In this document: positions 14,010-21,680 of the stretch, piece by piece
How the letters are laid out: every line of letters begins with the position of its first letter
Numbering within the stretch: the first letter of the stretch is position 1
Origin: Eledone cirrhosa
Taxonomy: Eukaryota
Direction of reading: 5' to 3'
DNA: 21,680 nt
Assembly (NCBI GenBank): GCA_964016885.1
Contig: CAXHJY010000266.1
Span: forward strand, 1-21,680
Translations under genes and position numbers: made by a program
The notes under the pieces: generated by a model
What the model was told of the DNA's origin: nothing
Database searches by the model: none
Seen by the model: only the letters and a program-made list of their open reading frames with translations

Positions 14010-14549
14010 AGTGTCAGGATGGATTTCCATCGTGGGGTGGACAGGCCCGTCATAACTTTCAACAATGCAGGTGCAGGGCTGCGAAAGATCGATAACAACC
14101 CATGAAATACGTGAGGTGATAATAACTGGCTGCACACGAAGAGCAAATAGCTGGGTTTCCATGGTTTACCCTACAAGTTTTGACGTTTATATTGCCAGAC
14201 TTGTTCGGTGACCTCTTGACAAACGTCTATTACAACTGGCAGCAGAACGGGATACTAGTTAGTTCTGTGAACCGTGGTATGGTGGCGCTGCGGAGAAAGG
14301 ACCCATATAAGGAAGGAGAAGAGGGAGGGGGGATCATATCGATAATTTTAGTCTCATAATTCTGCCAAATGTCGAGTTGAAAGTATTAGCCTAGGCGAGT
14401 AAAGGGATTGTCTCTATATGTGGCAGGTGGTTGTGTAATAGGAATAAGTGAAAGGTTAAAATGCCATCAGTCAGACATATGTAGATTTAAGATTGATTTA
14501 CTTGTAGAGAAGTTCAGAGGTATAGATTAAAACAATAAGTAACTACCAC

Positions 14550-15200
14550 TGCCTCAGTGTCAGTGTGTAACCGTGAAATATATCCATATACACCAAGTCC
14601 GAACACAAAGGAACCAAACTCCCACTGTCACTGCCTCTGTATCAGTGTGTCTGTGAAATATATCCATATACACCAGGTCCGAACAAGGTCTGAACACAAA
14701 GGAACCAAACTCCCACTGTCACTGCCTCCGTCTCTCCCGCTCTCCCCATCCGAAGGACAGAATAGAGAAGGTGTTTCTCCGGAGGATGGTGAGGGGGGCG
14801 CGCTGGAAGGGTCATTCCAGCTCGGGAGAACCACACCAGCGGGTAACCAACTCTGTGCCGATGGTGGTAAGTTGGGAGGCAGCCCTAGGACCAAGGACTC
14901 CAGAAATCTCCACTGCTACAGATAGCTAACTCTGTGTCAATGGTGGTGAGTTGGAAGGTAGCCCTAGGGCCAAGGACACCAGAAGTCTCCACTGCTACAG
15001 ATAGCTAACTGTGTCAATGGTGGTGAGTTGGAAGGTAGCCCTAGGGCCAAGGACACCAGAAGTCTCCACTGCTACAGATAGCTAACTCTGTGTCAATGGT
15101 GGTGAGTTGGAAGGTAGCCCTAGGGCCAAGGACACCAGAAGTCTCCACTGCTACGAGCACTTGGAGAGGTATATCGTTAATATCTTCTTTATACTCTAGA
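14550..15200 (-). mobile_element. Decayed 3' fragment of a CRE-like (restriction-like endonuclease) non-LTR retrotransposon
   Basis: Minus translation VAVE(T/I)SGVLGPRA..QLTTIGTEL...PELE*PFQRAPLTILRRNTFSIL resembles the RLE C-terminal pattern PxAxETxGxxG...WLxQRxSxAxxRGNA; putative 3' UTR with a ~65-bp duplication (14573-14637 / 14653-14728). Confidence 0.7.
14849..15154. repeat. 79-bp minisatellite, ~3.9 copies
   Basis: Units start at 14849, 14928, 15007 and 15084 (third unit 77 bp). Confidence 0.95.
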
Positions 15201-15309
15201 TTATTTAGAAAATATTTTAGCACAAGTCAGATATATATATATAGTCTTATTTCAACATCCCCGCTTATTCCCCCACCCCCAATCCTATTATTTGGGACCC
15301 CAGAGTACA

Positions 15310-16262
15310 TGAAATAACAAGTTATCTCCTTCAAAATACGACCCTTGGGAAGTCACGCAGTGATTTCAACGTTTTTTCATTGATCCTAGCAGTACTGGAG
15401 CTATTTTCTGTGGGTGTCCTTAGCTCGTCGGTTACAATTTTTTGTATGTTTTCCACAGTCCCAAAATAATGGCCCTTCAACTTCTATTTCAACTGAGGGA
15501 AATGGTGGAAACCACACTGAGCTAGATATGGGCTGTAGGGAAGATGTGGAAGAGTGAGAATGTCTTTCTTTGCCAGAAATTTCTCTAATTGAAGATGTTG
15601 TGTGAGCAAGGGCGTTATCATAGTACAGTACCCAATCTCCCCCAATGTTCTTTCGGGCTCGCTGGATCCGTTTCGAAGTCGTTCCAAGACATCTATGTAG
15701 AAGTACGATTAACTGTCTGTCCTGGAGGTCAAAATTCTTTGTGAACACTAACTACCACGGTTGTCGGAAAAAAAAAAAAAAATGATAACCATCTGTTTCA
15801 TCCTGGATCTGCTCCTGTGATCTTTCCTGGGACGAAGAGAATTGTCTCTGTGTCACTCCTCCCTTTGCCATCTTGTATTTGGAACGCACTCAAACACCAA
15901 TGATTCATCTCCTGTTATCACTTTATCCAAGAAATTTGGCTCAATTTCGGGTTTTTCTAAGAAATTCTCACAAATTTCCAACCGGTTCACTTTTTACTTC
16001 ACAGATAAAATTTTGGGCACTGGTTTTGCACAAATTCTTCGCATGTGTGTGTATGAATGGTCTGTTAAAATTCTGTGAACTGCATCCCAACACACAACTT
16101 AATCATCGATCTTTCGCCATCGCCGTTCGCACCAATTCCACATTTTGTTCATTTGTTGACGAAATAAACCTTCCAGAAACAGGTTCGTCTTCAACATTCG
16201 CTCGGCCCTCTTTCAAAGATTTGTACCACTTAAACACCTTCTCGATAAGTTTGTCTTAAAGA
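15310..16262 (-). pseudogene. Degenerate mariner (DD34D-type) transposase
   Basis: Frameshifted motifs VFKWYKSLKEGRANVEDEPVSGR, KVITGDESLVF, WVLYYDNALAHT, FLAKKDILTLPHLPYSPYLAQCGF (decayed YSPDLAPCDF) and C-terminal GSYFEGDN; stops and frameshifts; TIRs not found. Confidence 0.9.
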
Positions 16263-16283
16263 ATTAAATGTTTCGGTAGTCCA

Positions 16284-16320
<37 letters not shown>

Positions 16321-16325
<5 letters not shown>

Positions 16326-16480
16326 AACAAGTAAGACCCCGACGGCTGAGCTCAAGCCGTTTCGACGGCTAATTCAGTACAGAATTAGCCGTCGAAACGG
16401 CTTGAGCTCAGCCGTCGGGGTCTTACTTGTTCCTATTACCCACTCTACTACCCTAAGTATTGAGTACCACATTTCCTTCG

Positions 16481-16484
<4 letters not shown>
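16321..16484 (+). mobile_element. Family A Penelope-like terminus: 55-bp perfect palindrome plus tail, in (TA)n
   Basis: Arms 16321-16375 / 16382-16436; each arm holds GAAACGGCT-TGAGCTC-AGCCGTC (hammerhead stem III plus GUC); tail 16437-16484 has an internal deletion relative to 20212-20291. Confidence 0.75.
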
Positions 16485-16571
<87 letters not shown>

Positions 16572-16652
16572 TTAAAACAAAAAACAAAACAATAACGAAG
16601 AGTGCAGTACAAAGTGTTAGTATTAGGTTCACGCTATATATATATATATATG

Positions 16653-16720
16653 CAGTGGCGGACTGGGTCTAAAAATATTGGTTGCCAGGAGTTGAAGGGG
16701 GCCCACCTACATAGAGAATG
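16653..16720 (+). mobile_element. Possible left end of a non-autonomous hAT-type element
   Basis: Starts CAGTGGCGGACTGG with a GGGGGCCC subterminal motif; no matching right TIR seen. Confidence 0.4.
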
Positions 16721-16867
16721 CTATCATTTCATTTTTATAATGAATAAATAACATTTTCGAAAAATACATAAGTGGAAACAAAACAGTGCAATCAAATTTT
16801 TGCGGAAAAATATCTTAGCTTCTCCAATAAAAAATATGAATTTTGCGAAATCCAAAGACTTTCAATA

Positions 16868-17338
16868 ATGACCAGAAGTTATTCCTAAATATTACTAATA
16901 GCTCTAGCGAAGCCATGAAAGACAACACATCTCTTTAACTTTGATTTTGAAAGTAGGTTTATAATTATCAATTTTCATTATACTTTTGTAGATGTCGTTG
17001 TGGCTTAGTTGGAAGGTTCATAGACGTTGGTGATCTTGGTCTGAAGTTCGATCCTGGTCGGAAGTAGGGTTCCCGTTAAACCTTTTCAGTTTTTTCCTAT
17101 TGGATGTAAAATAAAAACTGAAAAAGGTTACATGTACCTCTTGACCAGGATTGAACTCAAGGCCAGGATATCCACCGTCTCTAGTACCTACCGCTAGGCC
17201 ACACAGACAACTACGATAATCTTATGAAAATTCATACTTATAAACTTACTTTCAAAATTTTCAAAACAAAGTGTTGTGGTGTCGTTCATGTCTTTCTTAA
17301 TGTTATTGCTCCTACTTAAGGTCGACTTCTAAATCATT
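16868..17338. mobile_element. Diverged fold-back element with two convergent tRNA-like heads
   Basis: Imperfect inverted arms centred near 17105; A and B boxes at 17001-17012 / 17046-17054 (+) and 17191-17201 / 17148-17156 (-). Confidence 0.65.
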
Positions 17339-17689
17339 TGGGTGTTCCATAAACTACATCCTCGTTTTGTTTCTCATCTATCTAGACTATATTTTAACCT
17401 GTAATCCATGTTTCATTTCTGTTCCACCTCATTTCCCCCCCCCCCTCTCTCACTCTCTGTGATATTTGAATCTACTATGATTTGGGCTTACCTTATTCCT
17501 ACATATATGTTTTTGCATGTCGGTTAGATTCAAGTGTCTGTGTGTGTGTGAGTGTATCATTATCTAATATAGAAATGGCTTCTACAGAACTGGAACTGAA
17601 TGAACAGGCAATCGACTTTCATTAAATAGGACCGAGGTAACAATGTTTCCGTTGGTCTTTCCAATTGCTAATACTATCTATTGGTCGCA

Positions 17690-17755
17690 ACTCCAGTTAG
17701 AAGGAGTAACGTGAAATAAAATGTCTTGTTCAAGGACACAACGTATCGCCCGGTA
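17690..17755 (-). mobile_element. Fragment of a second SINE family
   Basis: Minus GTTGTGTCCTTGAACAAGACATTTTATTTCACGTT resembles the common post-B-box SINE motif GTTGTGTCCTTGRGCAAGRCACTT. Confidence 0.55.
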
Positions 17756-17808
17756 GAAATGCGTATATGCATATATATATACTGTATATATATATATATA
17801 TATATACA

Positions 17809-18464
17809 CAAGCAGTGGTACCCGGCGTTGCACGGGATAAGGTATTTTGGAACGCGGGCCGCCAACAGACCTAATCGTGGAAAAACTGCATGCCTGGACA
17901 ATATGTAAAGAAAATAAACCGAATACTCTGATGGCTGGGTAATCTTTAAGATTTTCCTCGATGAAGCAGGAAAAATGCAGGTTTTCACCTAATGCGGGCC
18001 CTAGGGGATCAAGAAATGAATTGTTTTTATGTGCATAATATGCCTTGAAATTTCGGGAAAATCGGCTAGACGTAACGCCTCAAAAAAGCCATAAAAAGCT
18101 GAAAAAAATGAAATTTTTCACCTAATGCGGGCCCTAGGCCATAAAAAAGTTGGATTTTCTTTTCTCACGGTATGAAGAAGTGACTGACTAATACAAAGTT
18201 ACAATTTCAAGGAAATCGGTCTGACGTAACGCCTCAAAAAAACCCCTAAAAAGCTGAAAAACGCAGTTTTTCACCTAATGAGGGCCTTAGAGGATCGAAA
18301 AGTTGAATTTGTTATGTGCATAACACTGCCTGAAACATAAGTAATGCACATGTAAGGTTTGAAAAAAATCGGTTGGGTACTTCTCGCCCCCCCCCCCCCC
18401 CCCACACACACACATACACACATACATACCACCTTCCTCAGTTTTATATATATACATATATAGA
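17809..18464 (-). mobile_element. Non-autonomous Helitron
   Basis: Minus strand: inserted between A and T, 5' TC(TA)n start, GC hairpin CCCGTGCAACGCCGGG 8 nt before terminal CTTG (CTAG-like); three internal ~135-150 bp repeats containing ttttcacctaatg.gggcc.tag. Confidence 0.75.
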
Positions 18465-18472
18465 TTAAAATA

Positions 18473-18548
18473 ACAGATTAAAGTGTAAGCAAAGAATCAT
18501 TGCTTTCACCCTTAACGGGATCTTCAGAAACTAAAAAAATCAATCTGT
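18473..18548 (-). ncRNA. Type I hammerhead ribozyme candidate with extended stem I
   Basis: ACAGATTGA-T7-AGTTT-CTGAAGA-TCCCGTTAAGGGT-GAA-AGCAA-TGATTCT-TTGCT-T/ACACT-TTAATCTGT; 5-bp stem III, CUU triplet, T.T at the base of stem II. Confidence 0.68.
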
Positions 18549-18759
18549 GAACGCAGAAGTAAATATTTCGAAAAACGTTGCAACCGAAGGAAAACAGGAA
18601 GACGATAGTTTGGTTCGTGAAGACGTTCCCTGGCAATGAACGGAAAATAGCGAACATAATACGTCATCAATGTTCGCCAGAATATCGTAATACAGACAGC
18701 CAGGCATACAGACAGATATTATAAGAGCGATACGGAGATCGATAACCGCCGCCTAACAC

Positions 18760-18912
18760 CCCTTTAACAACAGAAAATTGAAACATAAAAGCTGCAGTTA
18801 ATATCTTTAGACTGCAAGGAATATATAAATGCAAGTTTGAAGTCAATCGGAGTAGAAATGTGGATTTGTATAGACTTTGCAAAAACGAGGACACTCACAC
18901 AGACAACAACAG

Positions 18913-18949
<37 letters not shown>
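18760..18949 (-). mobile_element. 5' fragment of a second Helitron-like family
   Basis: aagtttgaagtcaatcgg...acacagaca..cagctt(TA)nGAT parallels the end of the 17809-18464 element (aaggtttgaaaaaaatcgg...cacatac...cagtttta(TA)nGAT). Confidence 0.5.
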
Positions 18950-19128
18950 TGAGATTCTACAGGACTAGAACTGTTTCATTCATTAGAAATCATCAGGATT
19001 CCTGATGATTTCTAATGAATGAAACAGTTCTAGTCCTGTAGAATCTCATCTATATTAAAACTTTTATACTCTGCTATGTATTGAGTACCTTACTTACTGT
19101 GGTTACCTCCGATTCAACCCGGAATAAC

Positions 19129-19130
<2 letters not shown>
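18943..19130 (+). mobile_element. Family B Penelope-like terminus: 56-bp perfect palindrome plus tail, in (TA)n
   Basis: Arms 18943-18998 / 19000-19055 with a 1-nt spacer; tail 19056-19130. Confidence 0.78.
18996..19046 (+). ncRNA. Type I hammerhead ribozyme candidate
   Basis: GGATTC-CTGATGA-TTTCTAATGAAT-GAA-ACAG-TTCTAGTC-CTGT-A/GAATCT; GUA triplet, predicted cut after 19040; mirror copy on the minus strand. Confidence 0.75.
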
Positions 19131-19176
<46 letters not shown>

Positions 19177-19342
19177 CGAAGGAAGTGTGGTAAGGAACCA
19201 GGTGGACCATAAAATATATATATATGGGGTCCTGACTCTTTTCCTATATATATATATGCCCATATATATATATATATATGTCTATATATATATATATGCC
19301 TATATATATATATATATATATATATGCCTATATATATATATA

Positions 19343-19381
<39 letters not shown>

Positions 19382-19523
19382 AAGTATGAGCCCGACGGCA
19401 GAGCTCAAGCCGTTTCGACGGCTATTTCTGGACTAACGCCATCTTATTTTTGTGTGTCACACAAAATCAAGATGGCGTAGGACAGAACAAAGGAGATGCA
19501 CAAAACAAAGAAAAGAATCCCCA

Positions 19524-19566
19524 GTCACTGAAGAGGTCACAGAATATGTGACGAAAGAACTTTGAC
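19524..19566 (+). ncRNA. Minimal type I hammerhead ribozyme candidate
   Basis: GTCA-CTGAAGA-G-GTCACA-GAATA-TGTGAC-GAA-AGAACT-T/TGAC; 2-bp stem III, so probably dimer-dependent. Confidence 0.68.
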
Positions 19567-19722
19567 AATATATGAACAACCGTCCGGTTGTGGAACCAAC
19601 CAACCAGCCAACCGGAAATTTATTAATTTTTTTAAATTTTTTGAAAAAATCTTTTAATTTATAATAAATTGAAGTGAAAGCAACTGGTGCGTGTGTTTCT
19701 TATTGGCAACATGACCCTCCCA

Positions 19723-20012
19723 AAGTATAACAATATCGGTTTCAACACACGTTTTCAGATAAAGAATCTTGCTAAACAAATTCAGAAACAAAACAAAAAC
19801 AGAAATATATATATATATATAGGCATATATATATATATATATATACTACCCAGAGAATTTCCAACCGATAAGGTATGTTTTTCATGGGTACGTCTCCATT
19901 TATAAAACAAACTTTGTATTTTATCTGATGAAAGCGTACCAATGTTGTCTTGGTATCCCTGAAATATGTATGATAAAATAAATATTGTTTTATAAATATA
20001 GTTTCCATTTAT

Positions 20013-20046
<34 letters not shown>

Positions 20047-20114
20047 CGTTTCTGAATTTGTTTAGCAAGATTCTTTATCTGAAATCGTGTGTTGAAACCG
20101 ATAATGTTATACTT
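19723..20114. repeat. 71-bp inverted repeats enclosing a (TA)n-flanked hammerhead insert
   Basis: 19723-19793 vs 20044-20114, 3 mismatches. Confidence 0.88.
19898..19997 (+). ncRNA. Type I hammerhead (family C), probably inactive (G at cleavage position 17)
   Basis: ATTTATAAAACAA-(6)-TATTTTAT-CTGATGA-..GTACCAA-TGTTGTC-TTGGTAT..-GAAA-TATGTAT-G/ATAAAATA-(4)-TTGTTTTATAAAT. Confidence 0.75.
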
Positions 20115-20127
20115 ATATATATATATA

Positions 20128-20291
20128 TTCGACGGCTAATTCTGGACTCAGTCCAGAATTAGCCGTCGAAACGGCTTGAGCTCAGCCGTCGGGGGTCCTA
20201 CTCGTTCTTATTACCCACTCTACTACCCTAAGTATTGAGTACTTTGGTGCGTTATGGTCCACCTGGTTCCTTACCACATTTCCTTCGTTAT
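20128..20291 (+). mobile_element. Family A Penelope-like terminus: 21-bp palindrome, hammerhead 3' half and complete tail
   Basis: Arms 20128-20148 / 20150-20170; GAAA 20168-20171; GTC 20188-20190; (TA)n flanks. Confidence 0.75.
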
Positions 20292-20321
20292 GCATATATA
20301 TATATATATAATGTGTCGTGC

Positions 20322-20380
20322 ATTTTATCTGATGAGCGCGTACCAAAGTTTTGGTACCATTGAAATATATATAATAGAAT
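20322..20380 (+). ncRNA. Type I hammerhead ribozyme candidate (family C)
   Basis: ATTTTAT-CTGATGA-GCGC-GTACCAA-AGTT-TTGGTAC-CATT-GAAA-TATATAT-A/ATAGAAT; downstream sequence matches 19980-20013; base of stem II poorly paired. Confidence 0.72.
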
Positions 20381-20522
20381 AAATATGGTTTTATAAATAT
20401 AGTTTCCATTTATTTAATATCATTGAATATTATACTCCAGAAAACTTATCGAGTGCTCTGAATCAGTTATAAACATTTATTTTGTTGAATTACCAACAAA
20501 TTGAATATCATATCCGTTTTTG

Positions 20523-20575
<53 letters not shown>

Positions 20576-20577
20576 TA

Positions 20578-20622
<45 letters not shown>

Positions 20623-20861
20623 ATATATATATATATATTCAGGTTTGAGGTTCACCACTGTATAGAGCTGGTCTATTCCGTATGGTCAATCGTAATGCAA
20701 TAATATAGAGAGTACTCAACGTAAGGCAGTTCAACCGTATTTGTTTTTGTAGTGGTGGTGCTGAGGTTGAAGGAACAGAATAGCGGTCGCTCTCGGGTCC
20801 TCGATTTTCAGCCCCATGGATTTTATCTATTACATTCACGTATTATCGTATTATATTTCGA

Positions 20862-20919
20862 ATACCTGATGATATCACCGGATTCATACGGAAGCCGGTC
20901 ATTAAAATGATCATAGTAT
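20862..20919 (+). ncRNA. Degenerate hammerhead (GAAA changed to AAAA)
   Basis: ATAC-CTGATGA-..ACCGG..CCGGT..-AAA-ATGATCAT-A/GTAT; palindromic stem III and 4-bp stem I intact. Confidence 0.62.
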
Positions 20920-20968
20920 AAATAAACCTTTCAAGGATTTATACAAATCCAGCCTCCTGTCATTTCAT

Positions 20969-21078
<110 letters not shown>

Positions 21079-21216
21079 TAGTTAAACAAGATTCAATGAG
21101 TATGTGAAAGAATGAGTTTTACAGTAGATTAGACGCACTCTATGGGAATAATTTTCCAGAGTTATTAATATTAAAATATAAATATTAATAAAATAGATGT
21201 TCTTTTGATCAATTAG

Positions 21217-21269
21217 ATTTTATTATACATATTTCGGATGTACAACTGTACGTCCTCATCAGACAAAAT
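21217..21269 (-). ncRNA. Type I hammerhead ribozyme candidate (mirror of 21380-21432)
   Basis: Exact reverse complement of the plus-strand copy. Confidence 0.8.
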
Positions 21270-21379
21270 ATAATGATACATGACATACCCTGAGATGTTA
21301 AATGGTTAAGATTTAATCAAGGCAGTCCTTGATTACATCTTAACCATTTAACATCTCAGGGTATGTCATGTATCATTAT

Positions 21380-21432
21380 ATTTTGTCTGATGAGGACGTA
21401 CAGTTGTACATCCGAAATATGTATAATAAAAT
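21380..21432 (+). ncRNA. Type I hammerhead ribozyme candidate
   Basis: ATTTTGT-CTGATGA-GGACGTAC-AGTT-GTACATCC-GAAA-TATGTAT-A/ATAAAAT; AUA triplet, predicted cut after 21425. Confidence 0.82.
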
Positions 21433-21543
21433 CTAATTGATCAAAAGAACATCTATTTTATTAATATTTGTATTTTATATATATATATATATATATATAA
21501 TTATATAATATAAGATCAAAAGATGGTTAAAGGAGTTCCATGT

Positions 21544-21612
21544 ATTTTATTATGCGCATTTCAAAAACAAACATCATCATGCAATAATATTTGTGTTTTC
21601 ATCAGATAAAAC
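21544..21612 (-). ncRNA. Type I hammerhead ribozyme candidate
   Basis: GTTTTAT-CTGATGA-AAACACAAATATTAT-TGCATG-ATGATGTTTGTTTTT-GAA-ATGCGCAT-A/ATAAAAT; perfect palindromic stem III. Confidence 0.8.
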
Positions 21613-21615
21613 AGG

Positions 21616-21680
21616 AGAACATGATATGAAGGCTAAAAAACACTTGTGGATAGTGATTTTTAGCCTTCATATCATGTTCT
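21616..21680. repeat. Inverted repeat running off the window end
   Basis: Arms 21616-21644 / 21652-21680, 7-nt spacer, 1 mismatch. Confidence 0.9.

Noticed and set aside
15244-15307. Mariner TIR at cctattatttgggaccccagagta
   Set aside because: Wrong orientation for the adjacent transposase and no partner found; at most the end of another element.
16990-17065. Functional tRNA gene
   Set aside because: A and B boxes are present but the acceptor and anticodon stems do not pair convincingly.
20078-20100. Hammerhead in the 71-bp inverted repeat (CTGAAAT...GAAAC)
   Set aside because: The core is not CUGANGA and the stems do not pair.

Overview
Repeat-saturated, AT-rich eukaryotic DNA, intronic or intergenic. 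The SINE family and (TA)n/(TACA)n load suggest a mollusc, probably an octopus-like cephalopod (inference). No host gene can be supported, and nearly all tracked ORFs are microsatellite artefacts. Recognisable elements: a 3.7-kb (TA/CA)n field; a 5'-truncated but stop-free CR1-type LINE RT (4482-5850, -); a head-to-tail array of ~14 tRNA-derived SINEs; a 78-bp Tc1/mariner-type MITE; the C-terminal fragment of a CRE-like (RLE) retrotransposon turned into a 79-bp minisatellite; a decayed mariner transposase; a non-autonomous Helitron; and a fold-back element with two convergent tRNA-like Pol III units. The main hidden signal is a dense set of short inserts, mostly inside (TA)n tracts. They carry type I hammerhead ribozyme folds (ten with the complete layout, two of which have inactivating core changes, plus several 3' halves), often as long palindromes with an asymmetric tail. 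This matches Penelope-like element termini or retrozyme-like elements from several distinct families. All folds were derived by eye and none is experimentally tested.
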